Positions 28,606 to 39,100 of a stretch of DNA of 64,000 nt are shown piece by piece; position 1 is the stretch's first letter, and each line of letters starts with the position of its first letter. The notes under the pieces are model-generated. The model did no database searches and was not told the origin of the DNA. It saw nothing but the letters and a program-made list of their open reading frames with translations. This stretch comes from Vicinamibacterales bacterium (GTDB lineage Bacteria; Acidobacteriota; Vicinamibacteria; Vicinamibacterales; UBA2999), in contig DATJJE010000078.1 in assembly GCA_035492455.1 (NCBI GenBank), positions 3,556-67,555 on the forward strand. Reading direction: 5' to 3'. A program made the position numbers and the translations under genes.

Positions 28606-28792
28606 CTTAAGCCCGGTTGTGCGCCGTCCAGAGGCCTAATTCCAGACAATAATGTTCTATAGTCAAGGCTCTAAGACATTCACGTACGGTGATAGCGGCG
28701 ATCACACGAAATCGCACGAGATTTCGGCGCGTGGAAATTCGGACAGTTTTGTTCATACACAGAGCAATCAGATCAGTAATGTAGGAGACCCC

Positions 28793-30427
28793 ATGCCGGC
28801 CGCGAAACCAGCACCCGACGCCAACATCGTTTCCCGCGATGCCCGACGCCTGTCGACCCTGCTCGAGGTCAGTCAGGCGCTGTCTGGCACGTTGAACCTC
28901 AAGTCGTCGATGCAGCGAGTGCTTCAGATCCTGATCCGCCACCACGGCGTCGTGCGCGGCATGGTCACGCTGTTGCGCGAAGGCGAGCTGCAGGTTGAAG
29001 CCATCGAAGGGTTCGATGACCGGGCACGCGGCACCACGTTCAAGGTGGGCGAAGGGATCACGGGTCAGGTCGTGCAGAGCGGCAAGCCGATTGTCGTCCC
29101 GCGCATCAGCAAGGAGCCCGAGTTCCTGAACCGTATGCCGCGGCGCGCCGACATTCCGCGCAACGAGCTGAGCTTCATCTGCGTGCCGATCAACGTGCAG
29201 CGTCAGACCGTCGGCACCCTCGCCGTGGACCTGAAGTTCAAGCCGGAGCGCGACTACGAGAGCAGCGTCAAGTTCTTCGGCATCGTCAGCTCGATGATTG
29301 CGCAGGCGCTGAACGTTCAGCGCCTGGTCGAAGAGGAGCGCCGGCGGCTGGTGGACGAGAACACGCACCTGCGCCAGGAGCTGCGCGAGCGGTACGACTT
29401 TTCGAACATCATCGGGACGAGCGGACCGACGCGCCAGATGTACGAACAGGTCGCGCAGGTGGCGCAGACGAACACGACCGTGCTCATTCGCGGTGAATCG
29501 GGCACGGGTAAGGAGCTGATCGCGCACGCGATTCACTACAACTCGTTGCGCGCCAAGAAACCATTCGTCAAGGTGAGCTGCGCGGCCCTGCCGGACACGC
29601 TCATCGAATCGGAGCTGTTCGGCTACGAGAAGGGCGCCTTCACCGGTGCCAGCGCCAGGAAGAAGGGGCGGTTCGAGCTGGCGGAGGGCGGCACGATCTT
29701 CCTCGACGAAATCGGCGACATCAACGCCAGCACGCAGGTGAAGCTGCTGCGCGTGCTGCAGGAGCGCGAGTTCGAGCGGCTGGGCGGGACCGAATCGGTC
29801 CGCGTCAACGTCAGGGTCATTGCCGCGACGAACAAGGACATGGAGAAGGCCATCGCCGACGGCACGTTCCGCGAGGACCTTTACTACCGTCTCAACGTGT
29901 TCACGATTTTCGTGCCGCCGCTGCGCGATCGTAAAGCCGACATGCTGCTGCTGGCCGATCACTTTCTCGAGAAGTTCTCGCGCGAGCACGGCAAGGTCAT
30001 CAAGCGGATTTCCACGCCGGCGATCGACATGCTGATGGCCTATCACTGGCCCGGCAATGTGCGCGAGCTCGAGAACGCGCTCGAGCGCGCCGTGCTCGTC
30101 TGCGACGGCCAGGTCATTCACGGTCATCACCTGCCGCCCTCGCTGCAGACCGCCGATGCGTCGGGCACAGTGACGCGCGTGTCGCTGAAGGAAGCCGTGG
30201 ACGGATTCGAGCGCGACCTTATCCAGGACGCGCTGAAGACCACCCGCGGAAACCGCGCGAAGGCGGCGCGGCTGCTCGACACCACCGAACGCATCCTCAA
30301 CTACAAGGTCCGCAACCTCGGCGTCGACGTGCGTCGCTTCCGGCCCTCGGAAAATGGTCGGCGTTCCGCGCGGCGTCCCGACGTACCGGAGGAAACGGCT
30401 CCCATCGAGCGCGCGGTCAACGAATAG
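28793..30427 (+). CDS. sigma-54-dependent transcriptional activator with N-terminal GAF domain (NifA-like architecture)
   Basis: AGGAG sits 6 nt before the ATG at 28793. GAF-like N-terminus, Walker [15 protein letters not shown], and C-terminal HTH. The 47-codon upstream extension is AT-rich and judged non-coding. Confidence 0.9.
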   Translation: MPAAKPAPDANIVSRDARRLSTLLEVSQALSGTLNLKSSMQRVLQILIRHHGVVRGMVTLLREGELQVEAIEGFDDRARGTTFKVGEGITGQVVQSGKPIVVPRISKEPEFLNRMPRRADIPRNELSFICVPINVQRQTVGTLAVDLKFKPERDYESSVKFFGIVSSMIAQALNVQRLVEEERRRLVDENTHLRQELRERYDFSNIIGTSGPTRQMYEQVAQVAQTNTTVLIRGESGTGKELIAHAIHYNSLRAKKPFVKVSCAALPDTLIESELFGYEKGAFTGASARKKGRFELAEGGTIFLDEIGDINASTQVKLLRVLQEREFERLGGTESVRVNVRVIAATNKDMEKAIADGTFREDLYYRLNVFTIFVPPLRDRKADMLLLADHFLEKFSREHGKVIKRISTPAIDMLMAYHWPGNVRELENALERAVLVCDGQVIHGHHLPPSLQTADASGTVTRVSLKEAVDGFERDLIQDALKTTRGNRAKAARLLDTTERILNYKVRNLGVDVRRFRPSENGRRSARRPDVPEETAPIERAVNE

Positions 30428-30438
30428 CCACACGGACG

Positions 30439-30533
30439 ATAGCCACAGAGGACACGAAGTAAAATTTGTTTGGACTTCGTGTTCTTCGCGCCCTTCGCGG
30501 TGAAAAAAGGATCTTCGTGGCCTCTGTGGCTAT
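30439..30533. repeat. 21-nt inverted repeat ATAGCCACAGAGGaCACGAAG / CTTCGTGgCCTCTGTGGCTAT (one mismatch)
   Basis: The arms at 30439-30459 and 30513-30533 flank 53 nt. The right arm lies in the signal-peptide codons of the lipoprotein gene. ATAGCCACA is also directly repeated at 30424. Confidence 0.88.
30452..30482 (+). terminator. hairpin ACACGAAGT-13-ACTTCGTGT after the GAF-type activator gene
   Basis: 9-bp perfect stem 25 nt after the stop codon. The loop is AT-rich and there is no clean U-tract. Confidence 0.45.
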
Positions 30534-31834
30534 TCGTCGTCGCGGCCTTGTCCGCAGCGGCATGCGGCAAGAAAGGACCGCCGCTCGCACCGATCCTTCA
30601 TATCCCTGCGCCCGTCGCAATGATTCAGGCGCAGCGCGTCGGCAGCGACGCGTTCGTCACGCTCACGGTTCCCGCGAAGAACATCGACGGTTCGATGCCC
30701 GTGGACATCAGCCGCATCGAGGTATACGGCTACACTGGTCTCCGTGCGCCATCGAACGCCCGCTGGGTCGAGGTCGCGCAGCTCGTCGCTACGATTCCCG
30801 TCATTCCGCCGCCGCCTCCTGACACACCGCCAATTGATCCGGCGACGACAGACGTGTCAAAAGGTGCCTTGACCGGAACCATGGTGACGGTGATGGAGAG
30901 GCTCACATCGCAGAAGCTCGTGCAGGGAAAGGTGCCGGAAGAAGCGGTCCGTCGCGGAGCCACTCCGATCGCCGCGGCCGCAGCCAACGAGCCGGACGTG
31001 CTTCGACGTTTCTATATGGCGATTGCATTCAGCGAGCGCGGACGTCCTGGCCCTCCTGGATCGGCCGCGGAGTTTTCGCTGGTCGAAACGCCTGAAGCTC
31101 CAGCGTTCGTCAACGCCTACTACAGCGAAACGACGATGAATCTCGAGTGGCCGCCGTCGGGCGGCATCGTCGGATTCCTGTTCGACACGCCGCTGCCACC
31201 CGAAGATGCGCCGCTCAACGAAGCGTTAGAGCCCGTCGTACCGACAGCGCCGGCCGCCTCCAACGCGACGATCGTGCTGCCGACTGGACCGGTGAAGTAC
31301 AACGTCTATCGCGAAGCTGCTCCCGATCCGTTCGCGTTTCCCGAAGCCAGCGCGCCTGTCGCATGGGCGACCGCGCCGCCGATGCCCATCAATCCGATGC
31401 CGCTCTCGACGCCGAGCTTCGCGGACTCGGTGGAATTTGAGCGCGAGCTTTGTTACACCGTGCGGCCCATCCGCGGTGTACCGCCGAATACGGTCGCGGG
31501 GGACGCATCGCCCCCGAACTGCTTCACTCCGGTTGATATCTTTCCGCCGGCAGCGCCAGTGCGGCTCGTCGCCGTAGCCGATGAAGGCGGCATCAGCCTC
31601 ATCTGGGAACCGAATGCGGAGCCGGATGTTGCCGGCTATATGGTCTTGCGCGGCGAAGCGGGCGATGCCACACTCGAACCGCTCACGCCGACAGCGGTTG
31701 CTGAACCACGGTTCCGTGACACGCACGTTACCGCTGGAAAAAAATATACGTACGCCGTTGTCGCGGTCGACTCACGCCTGCCCGTTGCCAACGTAAGCGG
31801 CGAGTCGAATCGGGTCGAAGAAACGGCACGATGA
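30500..31834 (+). CDS. hypothetical lipoprotein with C-terminal fibronectin-III-like domain (start GTG 30500 or TTG 30470)
   Basis: Lipobox LSAAACGKKGPPLAP. C-terminal ISLIWEPNAEPDVAGYMVLRG...KKYTYAVVAVDS is FN3-like. Confidence 0.62.
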   Translation: MKKGSSWPLWLFVVAALSAAACGKKGPPLAPILHIPAPVAMIQAQRVGSDAFVTLTVPAKNIDGSMPVDISRIEVYGYTGLRAPSNARWVEVAQLVATIPVIPPPPPDTPPIDPATTDVSKGALTGTMVTVMERLTSQKLVQGKVPEEAVRRGATPIAAAAANEPDVLRRFYMAIAFSERGRPGPPGSAAEFSLVETPEAPAFVNAYYSETTMNLEWPPSGGIVGFLFDTPLPPEDAPLNEALEPVVPTAPAASNATIVLPTGPVKYNVYREAAPDPFAFPEASAPVAWATAPPMPINPMPLSTPSFADSVEFERELCYTVRPIRGVPPNTVAGDASPPNCFTPVDIFPPAAPVRLVAVADEGGISLIWEPNAEPDVAGYMVLRGEAGDATLEPLTPTAVAEPRFRDTHVTAGKKYTYAVVAVDSRLPVANVSGESNRVEETAR

Positions 31835-31835
31835 C

Positions 31836-31863
31836 TTGGAAGTTGGTCGTTGGAAGTTGGGGG
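31836..31863. repeat. 4x heptamer array TTGGAAG TTGGTCG TTGGAAG TTGGGGG
   Basis: Occupies almost the whole 36-nt spacer between the lipoprotein stop (31834) and the tal ATG (31871). Confidence 0.9.
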
Positions 31864-31870
31864 TTCTCAT

Positions 31871-32524
31871 ATGAAGCTCTTCGTTGATACCGGCAGCGTG
31901 AAGGAGATCGAGTCGCTTGCCTCAATCGGCATCCTCGATGGCGTGACCACCAATCCGACGCTGCTCGCGAAAGAAGGCGGCGACTACCGTCAGAACCTCA
32001 AGCGCATCTGTGACATCGTCAAAGGACCGGTGAGCGGCGAAGTTGTCGCGACCGATTACGCCGGCATGGTGCGCGAAGGGCGCGACATCGCCAGCATCGA
32101 CGAGCACATGGTCGTGAAGGTGCCGCTCACTAAGGACGGCGTCAAGGCGTGCAAGACGCTGTCGAGCGAGGGCATCCGCGTCAACGTCACGCTGATCTTC
32201 TCCGCCCCGCAGGCGTGGCTCGCCGCGAAGGCGGGGGCCAGCTACGTGAGCCCGTTCGTTGGACGTCTCGACGACATCGGCAACTCGGGGATGCAGATCG
32301 TTCGCGAGATCGTTGATCTGTTCGACAACGCCGATTACTCAACGGAGGTGCTGGTGGCGAGCGTTCGGCACCCGATGCACATCGTCGAAGCCGCGCGGCT
32401 GGGCGGCGACATCGTGACGGCGCCGGCGGCAGTCATTGAATCGTGCTTCAAACACCCGCTCACCGACATCGGACTCGAGCGTTTCCTGAAGGATTGGGAG
32501 AAAGCCCAGGGCGCCAAAGTCTAA
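31871..32524 (+). CDS. tal: transaldolase / fructose-6-phosphate aldolase (short Tal family)
   Basis: [14 protein letters not shown]...GVTTNPTLL...VKVP...SPFVGRLDD with the catalytic Lys region. Confidence 0.92.
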   Translation: MKLFVDTGSVKEIESLASIGILDGVTTNPTLLAKEGGDYRQNLKRICDIVKGPVSGEVVATDYAGMVREGRDIASIDEHMVVKVPLTKDGVKACKTLSSEGIRVNVTLIFSAPQAWLAAKAGASYVSPFVGRLDDIGNSGMQIVREIVDLFDNADYSTEVLVASVRHPMHIVEAARLGGDIVTAPAAVIESCFKHPLTDIGLERFLKDWEKAQGAKV

Positions 32525-34060
32525 ATGGACGACGTTCTCGCCGATCTCGATCGGCGCGCGGATCTGGGCGGCGGTGAGGAGCGGCTGCGCCGCCAGCGCG
32601 AATCGGGCAAGCTGACGGCGCGCGAGCGCATCGATCTCCTGTTCGATCCCGGCACCTTCGAAGAGATCGACAAGTACGTTACCCATCGCTGTCGCGACTT
32701 CGGGATGGCCGATCAGGTCATTCCCGGCGACGGCGTCGTGGCCGGCCACGGACGCATCAACGGCCGCCTCGCCTATGCGTTCGCGCAGGACTTCACCGTC
32801 TTTGGCGGCTCGCTCTCTGAAACCAACGCAGCGAAGATCGTGAAGATCATGGATCTCGCGATGAAGATGGGCGCGCCGGTCATCGGTCTCAACGACTCTG
32901 GCGGGGCGCGTATCCAGGAAGGCGTGGCGTCGCTCGCCGGCTACGCCGACATCTTTCTGCGCAACACCCTGGCTTCCGGCGTGGTGCCGCAGATCTCCGC
33001 GATCATGGGACCGTGCGCGGGCGGCGCCGTGTACTCGCCTGCGATCACTGACTTCACGATCATGGTCAAGCAGACGAGCTACATGTTCGTGACTGGACCC
33101 GACGTCATCCGCACGGTGACGCACGAGCAGGTGACCAAAGAGGAGCTCGGCGGCGCGATGACGCACAACGAAAAGAGCGGCGTCGCGCATTTCGCAGTCG
33201 AAAACGATCAGGAGTGCATCCTCCTGATTCGGGAGCTCCTGTCCTTCATGCCCGGGAATAACGTGGACGATCCCCCGCGCGTCGCGTCCAGCGATCCGGT
33301 CGACCGCGCTGACGCGGCGCTCGACACGGTAGTGCCAGCGTCGCCGAACCAGCCCTACGACATGCTCGACGTGATTCAGGCGGTCGTCGACGATCGGAAC
33401 CTCCTCGAGGTGCACTCGCATTACGCGCGCAACATCCTCGTCGGGTTTGCCCGGCTCGGCGGCCGTCCTGTCGGCATCGTCGCAAATCAGCCTGCGTACC
33501 TTGCCGGTACTCTCGACATCGATGCCTCGGTCAAGGGCGCCCGGTTCGTACGCTTCTGCGACGCGTTCAACATTCCGCTCGTAACGTTCGAGGACGTACC
33601 GGGATTCCTGCCCGGTACGGTGCAGGAATATGGCGGCATCATCCGGCATGGCGCCAAGCTCCTGTTTGCGTTCGCCGAAGCGACGGTGCCGAAGCTGACG
33701 GTGATCACACGCAAGGCATACGGTGGCGCCTACTGCGTCATGTCGAGCAAGCACATTCGCAGCGACCTGAACTTTGCCTGGCCGACGGCGGAGATCGCCG
33801 TGATAGGCGCCGAAGGCGCGGTGAATATCCTCTACAAACGCGAGCTCGACGCCGCCAAGGACGTTACCGCCGCGCGTGCGGCGAAGGTCGCTGAATATCG
33901 CGAAAAGTTCGCCAATCCGTTTGTGGCCGCGCAGCGCGGGTTCATCGACGAAATCATTCGTCCACAGCAGACACGCGCGAAGTTGATCAGCGGTCTCGCC
34001 ACGCTCGAGACCAAGCGCGACAAGAACCCTCCCAAGAAGCACGGGAACATCCCGCTCTAG
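32525..34060 (+). CDS. acyl-CoA carboxylase carboxyltransferase subunit (propionyl-/methylmalonyl-CoA type)
   Basis: [33 protein letters not shown] and AYGGAYCVM are PccB/MmdA-family motifs. Confidence 0.93.
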   Translation: MDDVLADLDRRADLGGGEERLRRQRESGKLTARERIDLLFDPGTFEEIDKYVTHRCRDFGMADQVIPGDGVVAGHGRINGRLAYAFAQDFTVFGGSLSETNAAKIVKIMDLAMKMGAPVIGLNDSGGARIQEGVASLAGYADIFLRNTLASGVVPQISAIMGPCAGGAVYSPAITDFTIMVKQTSYMFVTGPDVIRTVTHEQVTKEELGGAMTHNEKSGVAHFAVENDQECILLIRELLSFMPGNNVDDPPRVASSDPVDRADAALDTVVPASPNQPYDMLDVIQAVVDDRNLLEVHSHYARNILVGFARLGGRPVGIVANQPAYLAGTLDIDASVKGARFVRFCDAFNIPLVTFEDVPGFLPGTVQEYGGIIRHGAKLLFAFAEATVPKLTVITRKAYGGAYCVMSSKHIRSDLNFAWPTAEIAVIGAEGAVNILYKRELDAAKDVTAARAAKVAEYREKFANPFVAAQRGFIDEIIRPQQTRAKLISGLATLETKRDKNPPKKHGNIPL

Positions 34061-34069
34061 GCCGGAGAC

Positions 34070-35590
34070 GTGAAGCGCATCCTTATTGCGAACCGCGGCG
34101 AGATCGCGGTTCGCGTCATCCGCGCCTGCCGCGATATGGGCATCGAGGCGGTCGCCGTGTACTCCGACTGCGATCGCGCGGCCCGCCACGTGCGGCTTGC
34201 CGACGAGGCCGTGCACATCGGCGGGAATGCGCCGTCGGAAAGCTACCTGCGGATCGACCGGGTCGTCGACGCCGCGAAAAAGGCAGGCGCAGATGCGGTG
34301 CATCCCGGCTACGGCTTTCTCGCTGAAAACGAGGACTTCGCTGCTGCGTGCCGCGACAGCGGTCTGACGTTCATTGGCCCGACTCCGGAAGCGATCGCCT
34401 TGATGGGCAGCAAAACGGCGGCGCGTCAGGCAGCGATACAGGCTGGTGTTCCGGTTGTTCCCGGTAGCGAGGAGGCACTCGGCGTCGACGTGCCGGATGC
34501 GACGATCGCCGGCATCGCTGAGCGTATCGGCTACCCAGTCATGATCAAGGCCGTCGCCGGCGGTGGCGGCAAAGGCATGCGCATCGTGTCGAGCGCGGGC
34601 GATCTTTCAAGTTCCGTCCGTGGCGCGCGCTCCGAGGCGCAGACGGCGTTCGGCGACCCAGCCATTTACCTCGAACGGCGCATTCTCAATCCGCGCCATG
34701 TGGAGGTGCAGCTGCTCGGCGATCAGCACGGCACAGTGATTCCCTTCGTCGAGCGCGAATGCTCCATTCAACGTCGTCATCAGAAGGTGATTGAAGAGAC
34801 CCCGTCTCCGGTTGTGAGCCCCGAGCTGCGGATGCGCATCACCTCGGACGCGGCAGCGATCGCGCGCTCTGTTGGATACACAAACGCGGGCACGATGGAG
34901 TTCCTGCTCGACGAGCGCGGGCACTTCTATTTCCTCGAGATGAACACGCGGCTGCAGGTCGAGCACCCGATCACCGAGATGGTGACCGGCATCGATCTCG
35001 TGCAGTGGCAGATTCGCATCGCGCGCGGGGAGAAGCTGACGATCGATCCTGCGGCTGCGCTGATGCCGCGCGGCCACGCCATCGAGTGCCGCATCTATGC
35101 CGAGGATGCCGACACTGGCTTCATGCCGTCGCCCGGGCACATCGCCGGACTGCGCGTGCCGAGTGGCCCGGGCATCCGCGACGACAGCGGCGCCGAGGCG
35201 GGGGGCGAGGTGCCGATCTACTACGACCCGCTGATCTCCAAACTGATTGTGTGGGGCGACGACCGTTCGCAGGCGATCGCCCGCATGCGCCGCGCGCTCC
35301 GCGAATACGACGTGATCGGCATCAAGACGACGGTGCCGTTCTTCCGCTGGATGCTCGAACAGCCCGATTTCGTCGATGCGCGATTTCATACCGCCTACCT
35401 GGACGAGGTCCTGCGCTTGCGCGCCGGCCAGCCCTTCACGTCCGTAGACGATGAACGGATCGAAGTCGCCGCCATCGCGGCCGCGATCTGGCAAATGAAC
35501 GGCGGAAGCCCAGTCCTTTTGGATGCGGCAGATCGACCCCGTTCCAGCGCCTGGAAGGCGCAGGCGCGGACAGAGGGCCTCCGCGATTGA
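34070..35590 (+). CDS. accC: biotin carboxylase subunit of acyl-CoA carboxylase
   Basis: KRILIANRGEIAVRVIRA, ATP-grasp GGGGKGMRIV, EMNTRLQVEHPITE. Confidence 0.95.
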   Translation: MKRILIANRGEIAVRVIRACRDMGIEAVAVYSDCDRAARHVRLADEAVHIGGNAPSESYLRIDRVVDAAKKAGADAVHPGYGFLAENEDFAAACRDSGLTFIGPTPEAIALMGSKTAARQAAIQAGVPVVPGSEEALGVDVPDATIAGIAERIGYPVMIKAVAGGGGKGMRIVSSAGDLSSSVRGARSEAQTAFGDPAIYLERRILNPRHVEVQLLGDQHGTVIPFVERECSIQRRHQKVIEETPSPVVSPELRMRITSDAAAIARSVGYTNAGTMEFLLDERGHFYFLEMNTRLQVEHPITEMVTGIDLVQWQIRIARGEKLTIDPAAALMPRGHAIECRIYAEDADTGFMPSPGHIAGLRVPSGPGIRDDSGAEAGGEVPIYYDPLISKLIVWGDDRSQAIARMRRALREYDVIGIKTTVPFFRWMLEQPDFVDARFHTAYLDEVLRLRAGQPFTSVDDERIEVAAIAAAIWQMNGGSPVLLDAADRPRSSAWKAQARTEGLRD

Positions 35591-36093
35591 CCATTAACGT
35601 GGACGCCAACGGCCGTCGATACGCGCTAGAGGTGATTCGGCCGCCATCGGCGAAAGGCCGCGATGGCTCGTTTCTTGTCTCCGTCGACGGCCGGCAGCGA
35701 GAGGTAGACGTCAAGGAACTAGGTGGCGTTCTCTCCTTATTAATAGGGTCGAAAAGCTACGAGGTCGCGGTCGCTGGATCGACCGTGCACGTCGACGGGA
35801 TGCCTGTCGTGATCGCCGTCGTCGCCGACCGACCGTCGTGGAGCCGGGGTCCCGCGACAGCGTTCGACGCGCCCGAGGGCGAGCAGCGGATTACGGCGCC
35901 GATGCCGGGAAAGGTCGTCAAGCTGCTGGTCAAACCAGGAGACCGCGTCGAACCGCGTCAGGGCCTTGTCGTCGTCGAAGCGATGAAGATGGAAAACGAG
36001 CTGCGGGCGCGGGCGGCTGGAGCGGTTAAAGAAGTGCGCGCCGTGGAAGGGACGACTGTTGAAGCAGGTGCCATACTGATAGTGCTGGAGTAA
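35587..36093 (+). CDS. biotin carboxyl carrier (biotinyl-domain) protein
   Basis: C-terminal biotinylation motif VVEAMKMENEL. TTG start overlaps the accC stop. Confidence 0.85.
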   Translation: MTINVDANGRRYALEVIRPPSAKGRDGSFLVSVDGRQREVDVKELGGVLSLLIGSKSYEVAVAGSTVHVDGMPVVIAVVADRPSWSRGPATAFDAPEGEQRITAPMPGKVVKLLVKPGDRVEPRQGLVVVEAMKMENELRARAAGAVKEVRAVEGTTVEAGAILIVLE

Positions 36094-36156
36094 TGCAAAA
36101 TGCAAAATTCAAAATTCAAAAGAATTATGTGCATTTTGCATCTTGAATTTTGAATT
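36094..36156. repeat. AT-rich heptamer arrays TGCAAAA x2 TTCAAAA x2 ... GTGCATT TTGCATC TTGAATT x2
   Basis: Fills the BCCP-tamB spacer. 36094-36104 is complementary to 36130-36140 and 36108-36121 to 36143-36154, an interleaved arrangement. Confidence 0.88.
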
Positions 36157-39100
36157 TCCGGAAGCTGTTCACTCTCCACCGTCACCCTCTGACGAAGAGG
36201 ACGCGGCGCATCGTGCGCGCAATCGTGGTGACCTTTGCCTGCGCGTTCGCGGTCGCGCTGGTCACCAGCGTTACTGTTGACCTCGGGCCAACACTGCGCC
36301 AACGGGCGGAAACAGCCGGGTCCAACTACCTCAAGCGTCCGATGCACATCGGCCGCCTTGCCGTGCATCTCTGGCGCGGCAGCTTCCAGGTGGACGACCT
36401 TGTCATCGAAGGCCTCACCCCGAAGTCCCGCCCGTTCCTCACTGCAAAGCATATCGACGTCTCGATGCCATGGACGACGCTCTTCACGCAGCGCGTCGTC
36501 TTCGACGCGATTCAGATGAGCGACTGGGACATGTACGTCGAGCTGAACGCCGACGGCAGCCACAACTTCCCGAAATTCCCGGGCAGCAGCGGGCGCAAGA
36601 GCGCCTGGACGACGACGCTCGAGTATGTGCGCGCGTCGAGAGGGCAGTTCACGTACGACGACCACGGCACACCCTGGAGGACCATCGCTCGCAATCTGGA
36701 CGTCATCGTCGCGCGGCCCGCGGACGAGTACCGCGGTCAGGCGAAATTCTCGAAGGGCACCGTCAACTTTCAGAACTACGAGCCGATGGGTGCCGACATG
36801 ACGTGCACGTTCCGCATCGTCGACGGCAAAATCGTGCTCGACCGCATCCTGCTGCAGACGGATGGCGCGGTCTCACAGCTGACGGGTGTTGTCGACACAC
36901 GGAAATGGCCGGAGCAGATCTATCGCATCAAGTCGAAGATTGATTTCCCGACCGAGAAGAGCATCTGGTTCGCACATGACAAGTTCACTGTTGCAGGGAC
37001 TGCCGATTTCACCGGCACGTTTCACCTGTTCAAAGAACAGCTTGGCAACGGGCGTACCCGCACCGGTCGCGAACTGAGAGGCGACTTCGTTGCGCCGATG
37101 GCCGGTGTCAATGCATATCGCTTCAGCAATCTCCGCGGATCGGTGCTGTGGGTCCCCGAGAAGCTGGAAGTGACTGACGCGACAGCAAATTTGTACGGTG
37201 GCAGCGCAAGATTCAGTTACACGATGGGCCCGTTCGGCGTGCACGGCATGCCGGCGAACGCCGCGTTTGACGCCGCATGGTCGAATGTCGATCTCACCGA
37301 GTTCACAAATTTCCTTCAGTTGAGAGGCATCCGGCTGGCGGGTCGCACGAGCGGGCGCAATCTGCTCGAATGGCCGCTCGGGAAGTACTCGCAGCACCGC
37401 GGCAGCGGCGAACTGCATGTCGACGCGCCGTCGGGAACAGAACTGATGGGCGCGCGCATGCCGATCGAGCGGATCGAGGCGCGGGAGCGGCTCGGAAAGC
37501 TGTGGGGCCCGTTCGACAACACGCTGCCGGCAGAGCCGATTCCGACCGACGCCACTATTACCTATGCGTTTGATGCCGACGGCATTGACCTGGCGCCAAG
37601 CCGTTTCGCGACGTCGAGTACGTTCGTCGAGTTCGAGGGACGAACGGCGTACGGCGACAACTCACGCATCCCGTTTCATGTCAGCAGCGCGGACTGGCAG
37701 GAAAGCGATCGACTGCTGGCGGCACTGATGACTGCCTTCGGCAGCCCGACGAATGCGATTCCCATCGCTGGCGACGGCACCTTCGACGGCGTGATGATGA
37801 ACAGTTTCTCGCGACCGCGCATCGAAGGCACATTTGCCGGCGAGCGGATGCGGGCGTTCGACGTCGACTGGGGCACGGCGTACGGCACTGTCGCCATCGA
37901 GAACGCGTACGCGGACATCAAGGACGTCGTTATTACCGACGCCGGGTCACAAATCCTCGCCGACGGCCGGTTCTCGCTCGGCTATCCGCGGAAAGATGGT
38001 GGAGAAGAGATCAACGCCCGCGTCCGCATCGACGGTCGCCCGGTGATGGATCTTCGTCACGCCTTCGCGCTGGACGACTATCCGGTTGACGGGCTTCTGT
38101 CAGGTGAGTTCCACGTCTATGGCGCGTATACGAGGCCGTTCGGCTTCGGCACGATGGCCATCGCCAACGGCACCGCCTATCACGAGACATTCGACAGCGC
38201 GACGGCGAGCCTGCGTCTCGAGGGTGCGGGCGTGCGCCTCGACAACATCATGGTGTCAAAGGGCACCGGACGGGGGACGGGGGCGGCGTATGTCGGGTGG
38301 GACAGCACGTATCAGTTCAACTTCGACGCACAGCGGATACCGGTGGAGAGTCTCGCTGTCGTGCAGTCGCCGAACAACCCTCCGCTCTCGGGACTGCTCG
38401 ATTTCACGGCCGGCGGCAGCGGTACATTCGATTCGCCGCGTTACAACGTGCACGGCACGGTGCGCGACTTCTTCATCGCGGACGAAGGCATCGGCACGGT
38501 GACGGGGGACATCAACATCGCCAACGACGTGATGGCGCTCAAGCTCGAAGCCGCATCGCCTCGTCTCGCGGTCTCCGGCACCGGCACGGTTGCGCTCAGC
38601 GAGGAGATGGACGCGGACCTGTCGTTCACGGTGTCGGACACGTCTCTCGATCCGTATCTGCGTGCATTCGATCCCCAGCTCTCTCCGTACACGACCGCGG
38701 TTGCCAGCGGAAGCTTGCGCGTTGTCGGCGAGCTGGCGGACATCGATCATCTCGTCGTCGATACGACGGTAGACAAGCTTGACATGCGGCTGTTTGACTA
38801 CCGGCTGCGCAACGCGGTGCCGATCAGGATGGCGCTCGATCGGCATTCGGTTCGCGTCACCGACATGCGATTGATCGGCGATGAGACGCAGCTCGACGTC
38901 TCCGGCGTCGTCGATCTCCACAACGAGCGCATCGCCATGCGCGCGAGTGGCGCCGCCAACCTCGGCATCCTGCAGGGGTTCGTGCCGAACATCCGCAGCA
39001 CCGGCCAGGCGACGCTTGCGGCGACGCTCGATGGTCCGATGCGTACGCCGGTCGTGACCGGCACGATGACAATCGAGGACGGTCGCATCCGCCACTTCGA

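Noticed and set aside
28652-28792. A 47-codon N-terminal extension of the GAF-type activator ([20 protein letters not shown]...).
   Set aside because: The segment is AT-rich with non-coding-like composition. An AGGAG site precedes the internal ATG at 28793, and a sigma-54-type promoter and hairpins lie in the segment.
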